From the NCBI GenBank assembly GCA_041690595.1, contig JAWLHB010000002.1, positions 1 to 64,000 on the forward strand: DNA of 64,000 nt, given 5' to 3'. The notes under the pieces were generated by a model. It was not told the DNA's origin and did no database searches. It saw only the letters and a list, made by a program, of their open reading frames with translations. Source of the DNA: Lentisphaeria bacterium (GTDB lineage Bacteria; Verrucomicrobiota; Lentisphaeria; JABSQK01; JAWLHB01). Of the stretch, positions 1 through 7,976 are shown in pieces. Both the position numbers and the translations under genes were made by a program. The stretch's first letter is position 1. The number at the start of each line of letters is the position of its first letter.

Positions 1-375
1 CGTTTGCGTGTTGGTTCTCAGGAAGAAGGGACCGGTCGCCGGCGAGGGACTTGGGGGACCGGCGACCGTTTTCGGGTTGGGACTCAGGAAGAAGGGAACG
101 GCCGCAGGCGAGGGACTTGGGGGACCGGCGGCCGTTTCGGGTTGGGATCAGGGAAAAAGCGGAAAGAAGGGAGCGGCCGCCGGCGAGGGACTTGGGGGGA
201 CCGGCGGCCGCTGCGGGTTGGGGGAATGGTGAAAGAAAGGAGCGACCGCCGGCGAGGGACTTTGGGGGGACCGGCGGCCGCTGCGCTTTGGGGGAGTTTC
301 CTCCCCCGATTCGGGAAAAGGGAGCGACCGCCGGCGAGGGACTTTGGGGGGACCGGCGGCCGCATCGGGTTGGGA
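1..375. repeat. Array of 5 palindromic (REP-like) repeats, probably continuing upstream of the window
   Basis: Core CGGYCGCCGG-CGAGGGACTT(T)GGGGG(G)A-CCGGCGRCCG at about 33-68, 99-134, 172-212, 241-282 and 323-363. The linkers resemble each other (CGGGTTGGG...GAAGGG). Confidence 0.85.
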
Positions 376-541
376 ATTGAGGGGAGGTATAGTCATAGTG
401 AAAGTAGTGCGGCTGCCGACGGAGGACATGAATACCGACAGCCGCGCTGGTGGTGGTGAAAAGCGTAAGACCGCCGAAAATGTGGCTATGGAGGTGCGAC
501 GGTCGCATTGCATCTATCCCTGCTTTCTGACTTGAAAATGA

Positions 542-578
542 GCGGTTACCGGCGACGAACCAAAGAGCCGATAACCGC
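542..578. terminator. Hairpin just downstream of csbD, possible terminator
   Basis: GCGGTTACCGGC...GCCGATAACCGC imperfect inverted repeat; no clear U-tract. Confidence 0.4.
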
Positions 579-593
579 CGGGTGGGGGAATCG

Positions 594-791
594 TTACCGG
601 TTGCTCATGTAGCTGTTGACTTCCTTCTCGGCTTCGTCCCGGCGATAGCCGTAGGCTTGCTGAACACGACCGACCAGCTTGTCGTAGCTCCCGTCAATCT
701 GCTGGAGATCGTCATCCGTGAGCTTGCCCCACTTCTGCTTGATGTCGCCCTTCATCTCGGTCCACTTGCCCTTGAGAATATCCTTATTCAT
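594..791 (-). CDS. csbD: CsbD/YjbJ family stress protein
   Basis: MNKDILKGKWTEMKGDIKQKWGKLTDDDLQQIDG is a typical CsbD signature; GGAGG lies upstream of the ATG at 791. Confidence 0.92.
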   Translation of the reverse strand: MNKDILKGKWTEMKGDIKQKWGKLTDDDLQQIDGSYDKLVGRVQQAYGYRRDEAEKEVNSYMSNR

Positions 792-853
792 GAGTCGCCT
801 CCGCGGTAAAATGAGTTGTACCAGAAAATTCATCGAATCGCAAGTTCTTATAC

Positions 854-870
854 AGCAAAGGGCATGCCAA
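854..870 (-). promoter_or_regulatory. sigma54 (-24/-12) promoter for csbD
   Basis: Minus strand reads TTGGCATGCCCTTTGCT, matching TGGCAYG-N4-TTGC, about 60 nt upstream of the csbD start. Confidence 0.65.
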
Positions 871-906
871 GTCTTGGAATATGTTCCTCAGGCAGAGATG
901 GACGAT

Positions 907-1085
907 TCCCGCCGCCGAACCGCAGGCGGAAGTGTCGCATACTGTGAACAAGGTGTACATCGGATTTACAGCGACCCGACGCTGCTCACTTTCGAGGGTG
1001 AAGTGGGCCGTAAAGCAGCCATATCCGCCGCGGCAGGCAACGATGGAACGACCGTACTTGAGCTCAACGAGAGGCCTTGACGGGA
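907..1085. ncRNA. Candidate structured RNA, about 180 nt (6S-like size), identity and strand uncertain
   Basis: The ends can pair (TCCCGCCG at 907-914 and TGACGGGA at 1078-1085), nested stems lie at 961-1027, and no credible ORF covers the region. Confidence 0.3.
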
Positions 1086-1147
1086 GAGTAAAGAATCATG
1101 AACGCGCCTTCCGTAATCCCGGCATCCGGAGAACGGGTCGCCTTCCG

Positions 1148-2257
1148 TCAATAGAGTTCGCGGGCCACGTAATCTGCCAGCAGCATTCCGTCGCGCGTGA
1201 GGCGCAGGGTGTCCTCGTCGAGGACAACGATGCCTTGCTTTGCCAGGTTGCGCAGCGTCTCGCCACGCAACTGAAGGTAATCGAAGCCGGCGTGCTCCTG
1301 GAACGAGCTGCGGGTCCATCCATCGACATGGCGCAGACCAGTGGCCAGAATCTCGACAGCGCGGCGGTCTGGTGGTAGCCAATCGCGTTCGGGCGCTTCA
1401 CCCGCGCTCCAGCGTCCCAGGTCGGCGACATTGGTATACCGGGCGTTCCCGTCGTACCAACTGGCGGATGGTCCCAGGCCGATGAAGGTGCTTCCCCGCC
1501 AGACCGCCTCGTTATGGCGGCAGGCATGGCCAGGCCGCGCCAGATTCGATACCTCATATCGGAGGAGGCCGCCGGCCGCAAGCAGCTCGTCAGTGCGATG
1601 CCACATTGCGACAACGCTGTCGTCATCCGCTTCACGATCCATGCGCCGGGCGAGGGGGGTACCCGGCTCGAGCATCAGCGAATATGCGGAGATGTGATCT
1701 GGCCGAAGCTCCAGAACCCGCCGGAGATCGTCCTCCCACTGCGCCAGCGTCTGACCCGGGATGGCATAGATCAGGTCGCAGCCGATGGACAAGAAATCGT
1801 GTTCGCGCAGCAGCTCCACAAGCTGGTGAATGCGCTCCGCCGACCCGGCTCGCCCGATGCGCTGCCGCAACTCCGGAGAAAAGCTCTGCAGCCCCAGAGA
1901 GATGCGGTTGACACCCCCCTGCCGCAGCAGGCGCAACTTATCGGCGCTCATGGAGACGGGATTGGCCTCGGTCGTGAACTCGCACCCCGGCGCCAGTGTC
2001 GCGTGACGATGCAGAATCTCCAACAGCTCCGCCCATTCTTCAACCGAGAGGAAGGATGGGGTCCCACCGCCGATGTAGATGGACTGAAGCGGCTCGCACA
2101 GAGGCAGCCGCACAGCCGCCTCGGCGGCAAGTGCCTGCATGAAAGTGCGCCGCTCGATCGGGTCCGTGCCCACGCGCTTGTAGAAGGCGCAGTAGTCGCA
2201 CGCCCGCACGCAGAAGGGAATGTGGATATAGAGATGGGCAGGGCGCGGAAGGGTCAT
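1148..2257 (-). CDS. hemW: Radical SAM heme chaperone HemW (HemN-like)
   Basis: LYIHIPFCVRACDYCAF, IYIGGGTPS, TEANP, RISLGLQSF, DLIYAIPGQ and YEVSN motifs. Confidence 0.9.
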   Translation of the reverse strand: MTLPRPAHLYIHIPFCVRACDYCAFYKRVGTDPIERRTFMQALAAEAAVRLPLCEPLQSIYIGGGTPSFLSVEEWAELLEILHRHATLAPGCEFTTEANPVSMSADKLRLLRQGGVNRISLGLQSFSPELRQRIGRAGSAERIHQLVELLREHDFLSIGCDLIYAIPGQTLAQWEDDLRRVLELRPDHISAYSLMLEPGTPLARRMDREADDDSVVAMWHRTDELLAAGGLLRYEVSNLARPGHACRHNEAVWRGSTFIGLGPSASWYDGNARYTNVADLGRWSAGEAPERDWLPPDRRAVEILATGLRHVDGWTRSSFQEHAGFDYLQLRGETLRNLAKQGIVVLDEDTLRLTRDGMLLADYVARELY

Positions 2258-2343
2258 CGACAATGGCGGCTTTCGCAGGTGGAGAAGTAGGAGTATATTG
2301 CCGGTGCTTACGAACGCACAATGGAAGGGGGCACACCGCTACT

Positions 2344-2925
2344 ATGCAAGCAACACCATGGATTGAAAAGCTGTTGCACCGGGCAAGTTTGCGCGCCCGT
2401 ACCAATCTTGATCGCGAAGAAGACTATCAGTTCCTCAAAAGACATTCTCTCTTCCAGGAGTTCTCCCCCCCGGCATTCGTCTACTTCTACAAGCACCTCA
2501 TCGAGCGACGCTACAAGCGCCACGAGTTGATCTTCAAGGAAGGCAATCCCGGCATCTGCCTCTTCATCGTGAAGAAGGGGCGAGTGGAGATCTTCACACA
2601 GGAAGAAGAAGAAGAAGAAGAGGTGACCAGCCAGCGAGCCGTCTACACGACACTGGGCGAAGGGACCCTCTTCGGCGAGCTGAGCCTGATCGCCATGTCG
2701 TATCGCACCTCGTCCGCCCGCGCCCTGGAGCACGGCAGCCAGTTGCTGACGCTTTCCCTCTATGATCTGAAGAGCTTGTGCGACCAGTACCCCCGCGACG
2801 GGATCAAGCTGATGAAGGTCATGGCGGCCACCCTCGGCAATCACCTCGTTGAAATGGATCGCCGACTGGGAGAATCGCTCCGCGAGATCGAGCAGCTCAA
2901 GGAGAAGCTGGCGAAGCATGAATGA
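2344..2925 (+). CDS. Cyclic nucleotide-binding (Crp-type) domain protein without an obvious HTH
   Basis: IFKEGNPGICLFIVKKGRVEI, GTLFGELSL and RTSSARA cNMP-binding motifs; coiled-coil-like tail. Confidence 0.85.
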   Translation: MQATPWIEKLLHRASLRARTNLDREEDYQFLKRHSLFQEFSPPAFVYFYKHLIERRYKRHELIFKEGNPGICLFIVKKGRVEIFTQEEEEEEEVTSQRAVYTTLGEGTLFGELSLIAMSYRTSSARALEHGSQLLTLSLYDLKSLCDQYPRDGIKLMKVMAATLGNHLVEMDRRLGESLREIEQLKEKLAKHE

Positions 2926-4243
2926 ACGCAAGCTCTTTCGGGCACTCCTGGTCGTCAATCTGGTGACCTTTATCTTCATTCCCCTGTCGCTGTTGCTCCT
3001 GTACAACGTGCGGGCAATCCTCTCGCCGATCCTCTCCGCCTTGCTGCTGGCATACCTGCTCTACCCGGTCGTGGCCCTGGGGAATCGCTTCGGCATCCCA
3101 AAGGTTCTGATGGTACTGGGCGTCGTAACGCTCCTGATTGGCTCGACCGTGCTCATCGGCTTCTCCCTCAAGCCCGCACTGCAGGAACAACTGCGCTTTC
3201 TCTTCGAGAATACGCAGACCACAACCCCGCCTGCCGTCTCCACCGCCGAGCAGCGCATTCTCGATACCCTCGCCATCGAGACACTGCCACCCGACGAGAC
3301 ATCCGTCACGATCGGACCCGACGACGCGTCGACGACGCGGGATGACGCCAACCTCGATGAGGATCTGGAGAAGGTCGTGGCACGGGCGGTCGCCAAGGAA
3401 TTCGATGAGGCAAAGGAAGATACCGAGGAGATCGCCCCCGACCGCATGGCATCCAATCGCCTCCAGCAGATCGTCGACCGCTTTCTCAATACACTCCGCA
3501 AACGGGGATGGTTGACGATGGAACGAAGCGCCCTCCTCGCCGGAGCCGCCGACTTCATTGCCCGGGAGAGCCTCGGCGTTCTCCGCTCCTTCACCCAGGT
3601 GGCCGTCCAGTGGGGACGCTTCCTCATGATCTTCTTCTTTGTCCTGATCTTTGCCCTGCTCGACGGCGACAAGCTGCAGAAGACCATCGTGCAGTTGATC
3701 CCGAACGAATTTTTCGAGTCGTCGGTCTTCGTCCTGCACAAAACGCAGCAGATTCTGGGTGCGTATCTGCGCGGCCTCTTCGTCGAGAACCTGATCATCT
3801 TTGTCGTGGCCTTCTGCCTGATGCTGCCGCTGCGCTTCATCAACGGGATACCGTTGCTCCTGGTCCTGGTGGTTGCCGCCATCATCGCGATCACGAATGT
3901 GATTCGGATCATCGGCCCCATCATCGGCGGCATTATTGGAGTGATCCTGGCGCTGACGGCGACCACGGATCTGACGGTGCTCGGCGGCATCATCGTCGTG
4001 GCGGTCATCGTTCAGTTGCTGGACAATGTGCTGATCCTTCCGCTGGTGATGCGCGACCAGGTGGCGATTCACCCGGTGGTCTGCCTGCTGGGCGTGATCG
4101 CCGGCGGCATCCTCGCGGGTGTTCTGGGGATGATCCTGGCGATTCCAGTGATCGGCGGCATCAAGGTCCTCTACCGGGTCATGTCCATCGAGATGAAGCG
4201 TTTCGTCGAACCCGGTCAATACGAAGATTATACGCGCGAATAG
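2918..4243 (+). CDS. AI-2E (PerM/UPF0118) family transporter
   Basis: LLAYLLYPVV, AYLRG, VQLLDNVLILPLVM and IHPVVCLLGVIAGG...GMILAIP; start overlaps the upstream stop (ATGAATGA). Confidence 0.88.
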   Translation: MNERKLFRALLVVNLVTFIFIPLSLLLLYNVRAILSPILSALLLAYLLYPVVALGNRFGIPKVLMVLGVVTLLIGSTVLIGFSLKPALQEQLRFLFENTQTTTPPAVSTAEQRILDTLAIETLPPDETSVTIGPDDASTTRDDANLDEDLEKVVARAVAKEFDEAKEDTEEIAPDRMASNRLQQIVDRFLNTLRKRGWLTMERSALLAGAADFIARESLGVLRSFTQVAVQWGRFLMIFFFVLIFALLDGDKLQKTIVQLIPNEFFESSVFVLHKTQQILGAYLRGLFVENLIIFVVAFCLMLPLRFINGIPLLLVLVVAAIIAITNVIRIIGPIIGGIIGVILALTATTDLTVLGGIIVVAVIVQLLDNVLILPLVMRDQVAIHPVVCLLGVIAGGILAGVLGMILAIPVIGGIKVLYRVMSIEMKRFVEPGQYEDYTRE

Positions 4244-4266
4244 CGCAGACATACAGGGAGAAGAGG

Positions 4267-5118
4267 ATGCCGATTACGGTCAACGGCCAGACAATTACCG
4301 ATGCCGAGCTGGAGCGCGAAATCCAACGGCTTGCCCAGCAGCGCCAAGGGCAGACAGCCCCCCGCGAACAGGAGCCCTTTCTCCAGCACATGCAGCAGAA
4401 GAAGCTGCGACGGGAGGCTGAAGACCATGCCATCGGCCGCATACTCCTCGCCATGGAAGCTGCGCACCGCTTCCCCGAGGTGCCCCAGGAAGAGATCGAT
4501 CGCATCTACGAGGAGGCGTATGGCAAACGCCCGGCGGGCAGTCAGGATGAGGAACAATCGCGCCGCCGGCAGATCAAGGGCTACATCCGCGTGCAGATGC
4601 TGCTCGGCACCTGCACCCAAGCCGTGGAAGCGCCCGACGATAACCAGATCTTCCAGCACTACATGCGACATCGCGAAGAGTTCACCCGCCCCGAACTCGT
4701 GCACGCTTCGCATATCGTCAAGCATCTCAAGGAGGGCGAACCGGATGCGGCCGCCCGCCTGGCACTCGAAAGCGCCCGTGACGAGCTGCGCCAAGGCAAA
4801 GCCTTTGCCGAGGTGGCTGCCTCCTCTTCCGATTGCCCCGATCGCGGCGGTGATCTCGGCACTTTCCCCCGCGGCCAGATGGTCGACGAGTTCGACGATG
4901 TCGTCTTCAGCCTGAAAGATGGTGAGTGCAGCGAGATCTTTCAAACGCAGTTCGGGTTGCATATCGCCATGGTGCATGAGCGCATCCCCCCGCAGGAAGT
5001 CCCGCTCGAGGAGGTCCGCGAGCAGCTTCGCCAGCACCTCATGCAGGAACGTCAGACGAACGCCGTCGAGGCTCTCATCGCCGAGCTGCGCGAGAAGGCC
5101 ACGATCGAGCGCGGTTGA
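4267..5118 (+). CDS. PpiC/parvulin-type peptidyl-prolyl cis-trans isomerase
   Basis: HASHIV, FAEVA..SSDCP, GGDLGTFPRGQMVDEFDDVVFSL and QTQFGLHI; GAGG RBS before the ATG. Confidence 0.9.
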   Translation: MPITVNGQTITDAELEREIQRLAQQRQGQTAPREQEPFLQHMQQKKLRREAEDHAIGRILLAMEAAHRFPEVPQEEIDRIYEEAYGKRPAGSQDEEQSRRRQIKGYIRVQMLLGTCTQAVEAPDDNQIFQHYMRHREEFTRPELVHASHIVKHLKEGEPDAAARLALESARDELRQGKAFAEVAASSSDCPDRGGDLGTFPRGQMVDEFDDVVFSLKDGECSEIFQTQFGLHIAMVHERIPPQEVPLEEVREQLRQHLMQERQTNAVEALIAELREKATIERG

Positions 5119-5183
5119 CCTGTCCCGCAAAGAGCGTATGGTTCCGCCAATGCAGAAAAAAACGCACCCCGGGTTGAACGGAT

Positions 5184-6557
5184 ATGGCAGACGCCGCGGC
5201 TTTACTTATACGGTTTGACGATGTCACTGGTGGTAATTCTCCACCGGCCACGGCTCGCTGCGGGGATCATCTGCTCCAGCTCATCCCATTCCATATCTGC
5301 CACCATGTTGAAAGTGGCTCTCCACGCGCCCTGCTGGAGGAGCTGCCGTCCGCCGGCGTGCGGCTGGTCGTGAACGAACGCCATGATCACGGGGTCTGCC
5401 TCAAGCTCGCCTTCCGCTACGCCCTCGAACGGAATCTCCAGGCGGTGATCGTGGCCGGAAACGGCACCTGCACCCCGCCCCGGCCCTTGCTCGACGCCAT
5501 GCCCGACATCCTCTCCGGTGCTGCCGGCGCCCTCTACCTTGGCGCCAGCACCAGCGCCTTTTCCCGCTTCCTTGCTCCCGGTGGGCAGCCGCGACTCGAC
5601 TGGTCCTGGTGCGCGTATTCCGTCGCCGCCCTCCGCGAACTCCCCTTCATGCTCAACGGCCGCGATTCCATCTTCGATGCCGAACTGGCCATCCAGTTTA
5701 CCCTCAGCGACTATCCGGTACGCTGGCTGGAAGGCGACCCTGGCTCCGGCCATCGCCCCTCGCACCACGGCCTGCGTCATCTCAGGCGTCAAGCCATGGC
5801 CTTGATGCGCTATCGCTTTCACTCCCTGGGCATACTTTATCAGCTCAATTTCGACGTGCGTCGACACCAGACGGATTACACGCCCAAGTTCGGCTATGCA
5901 TCCTCGCACGAATACGCCCTGGACTGTATCCCCCAGGGAGCTTCAGTCCTCGATCTCGGAGCAGGGGAAGACGCCTACATGGCCGGACCGCTGCGCGAAA
6001 AAGGCTGCCGCGTCTTTGCCGCCGACATGCGTCCCATCGACAACCCGCTCGTGGAGGAGGCCTATCAGCTCGACCTCAATAGCGATCCCCTGCCCCCCTC
6101 GGTCGGCAATGTGGACGTGGTCCTGCTACTTGACGTCATCGAGCACCTGGTCGACCCCGAGCGGCTGCTGATCGACCTGCGTAACCAGGCGAGCTATGAA
6201 CGCACGCGCGTGATCGTCACCACCCCGAATATCGCCTTCATCGTCACCCGGCTGATGCTGCTGATCGGCCAGTTCAACTATGGCAAGAGCGGCATCCTCG
6301 ACCGCACCCACACGCGCCTTTTCACCTATCGCTCGCTGCGGCGCACCTTGCGCCAATGCGGGTATGTCATCGAAGAGGTGCGCGGGGTACCGGCCCCTTT
6401 CCCCAAGGCGCTCGGCGAAACGCCTCTCGCCAATTTCCTCCTGCGCTTCAACCAGCTGCTTATCGGCCTGAGCAAGAGCCTCTTCGCCTACCAGCTCTTC
6501 GTGACGCTGCGGCTGGATCCCACCTACGACACCGTGCGCCGCGGCCACGAGCGCTGA
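5184..6557 (+). CDS. Fusion of a degenerate GT2-like N-terminus and a class I SAM methyltransferase
   Basis: C-terminal VLDLGAG, LLDVIEHL, TTPNIA and GILDRTHTRLFT; N-terminal YSVAALRELPF..FDAELAIQ resembles the tail of GT2 domains. Confidence 0.75.
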   Translation: MADAAALLIRFDDVTGGNSPPATARCGDHLLQLIPFHICHHVESGSPRALLEELPSAGVRLVVNERHDHGVCLKLAFRYALERNLQAVIVAGNGTCTPPRPLLDAMPDILSGAAGALYLGASTSAFSRFLAPGGQPRLDWSWCAYSVAALRELPFMLNGRDSIFDAELAIQFTLSDYPVRWLEGDPGSGHRPSHHGLRHLRRQAMALMRYRFHSLGILYQLNFDVRRHQTDYTPKFGYASSHEYALDCIPQGASVLDLGAGEDAYMAGPLREKGCRVFAADMRPIDNPLVEEAYQLDLNSDPLPPSVGNVDVVLLLDVIEHLVDPERLLIDLRNQASYERTRVIVTTPNIAFIVTRLMLLIGQFNYGKSGILDRTHTRLFTYRSLRRTLRQCGYVIEEVRGVPAPFPKALGETPLANFLLRFNQLLIGLSKSLFAYQLFVTLRLDPTYDTVRRGHER

Positions 6558-7814
6558 TCATTCCGCCTCTGCTTCGGCCTCGTCCATCAGGGCCCGCAAC
6601 TGCTTCAACAGCGCCTCCGGATACGGTCGGTCTTCACGCCGCTTGGCCAACATGCTGTCGATGAGGGCGCAGAACGGAGGACTGATGTCGTCCCGATAGC
6701 GATCGAGCTTCATCGGTTCGGTATTGAGATGATGATCGAGCATCGCCATCGGCGCGTCATCCGGGTATGGGGGACGCAGCGTAAGCGCATAGTAGAGGGT
6801 GATCCCCAGGGAATAAACGTCTGCCCGAATGTCGAGATCTTCGCTGCCGCGGATATATTCCGGCGAGATGAAGAAGGGGGTGCCGCACATGTCGTCCCGG
6901 GAGGAGAGGGTCTCTTCCCGAATGTTGCGGCAAAGGCCGAAATCGAGCAGCTTGGCGCTGCCGTCTCGGGTGATCAGGATGTTGTGCGGCTTGATGTCCC
7001 GGTGGATGAGCTGGTGATTCGCGAGGTGCTGCAGCGCCTTCAGGATGTCCAGCGCCATCAGCGTCACCGTCCCTTCGTCCATCGGCCCGTTGGCGCCGAT
7101 GATCTCTTCCAGCGTCATCCCGTCCAGGTACTCCATCACCAGGTAATACGCGGATTCCGACTGACCGAAGTCCAGCAGATCCACAATGTGCGCATGCTTC
7201 AGGCGGCAGTGCGCATACGCCTCCCGCAGAAAGCGCGTCTTGAAGCGCTGATCCGTCATCAGCTCTGGAGAAAACATCTTCAGCGCCACCTCATGCGGCG
7301 GATCCAGCGAATGGTCCCGAGCGACATAAACAGTAGAGAAACCGCCATCACCCAGCTTGCTGGTGATCTCATAGCGCCCATTCAGCAAGGAGCCGAAACC
7401 CAGACCATAGCTCTTGAGCGACGCCAGCTTGTGCTTCTTGAGCGCGGTGCCGACTTTGGCAAGCAGCTCGCCCGCCGTAACCGGTTTCACCAGATAATCG
7501 TCGGCCCCCATGGCGAGCCCTTCCTCCACCGTCCGCTCGCTGTCGTCCGAAGAGACAATGACAATGGACAGGGCGTTGAGCCGCTCATCCTTGCGGAGGA
7601 TGTCGAGCACCTCCAGACCGGACATGCCGGGCATCTCAATGTCCAGCAGCACCAGATCCACCGCCTTCTTCTTCAGCATCGCCAGCGCCTGGTCCCCACG
7701 CATGCATTGCACCACATCATAGCCTCGTTGCGTGAGGGCGTGCAGATAGAAGGCGAGGACGAATTCTTCGTCATCGACACACATTACCACTGGACGAACT
7801 GGATCTTGAGTCAT
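6558..7814 (-). CDS. Response-regulator receiver fused to a Hanks-type Ser/Thr protein kinase
   Basis: REC motifs VDDE, LLDIEMPG, DYLVKP; kinase motifs LGDGGFSTVY, VALK, HRDIKPHN, DFG, GTPFFISPE. Confidence 0.92.
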   Translation of the reverse strand: MTQDPVRPVVMCVDDEEFVLAFYLHALTQRGYDVVQCMRGDQALAMLKKKAVDLVLLDIEMPGMSGLEVLDILRKDERLNALSIVIVSSDDSERTVEEGLAMGADDYLVKPVTAGELLAKVGTALKKHKLASLKSYGLGFGSLLNGRYEITSKLGDGGFSTVYVARDHSLDPPHEVALKMFSPELMTDQRFKTRFLREAYAHCRLKHAHIVDLLDFGQSESAYYLVMEYLDGMTLEEIIGANGPMDEGTVTLMALDILKALQHLANHQLIHRDIKPHNILITRDGSAKLLDFGLCRNIREETLSSRDDMCGTPFFISPEYIRGSEDLDIRADVYSLGITLYYALTLRPPYPDDAPMAMLDHHLNTEPMKLDRYRDDISPPFCALIDSMLAKRREDRPYPEALLKQLRALMDEAEAEAE

Positions 7815-7940
7815 GTCATGGCATTTCATATCTTGGTGAGGCTATCGATTCAGGGGTAATGTATCGCAGGCTAAGGACTATTCAACGCCCTCATGCCTCT
7901 AATCCAGCCTGACGAATCACGAAGCATGCACGACGCAATG

Positions 7941-7976
7941 GATCCGACCAGATCCGACCGATCCGACCGATCCGAC
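7941..7976. repeat. Short tandem repeat (GATCCGACC) x4
   Basis: GATCCGAC at 7941, 7951, 7960 and 7969. Confidence 0.85.

Noticed and set aside
1..375. CRISPR array
   Set aside because: The linkers are related to each other, repeat length varies through homopolymer slippage, and no cas genes are in the window.
4..535. ORFs over the initial repeat array
   Set aside because: The translations only reflect the DNA repeat in all frames and have no protein-like features.
3508..4266. N-terminal extension of the PPIase ORF
   Set aside because: It overlaps the AI-2E gene in another frame; the RBS and domain start are at 4267.
4267..5118. nifM
   Set aside because: The parvulin fold fits, but there are no nif genes nearby.
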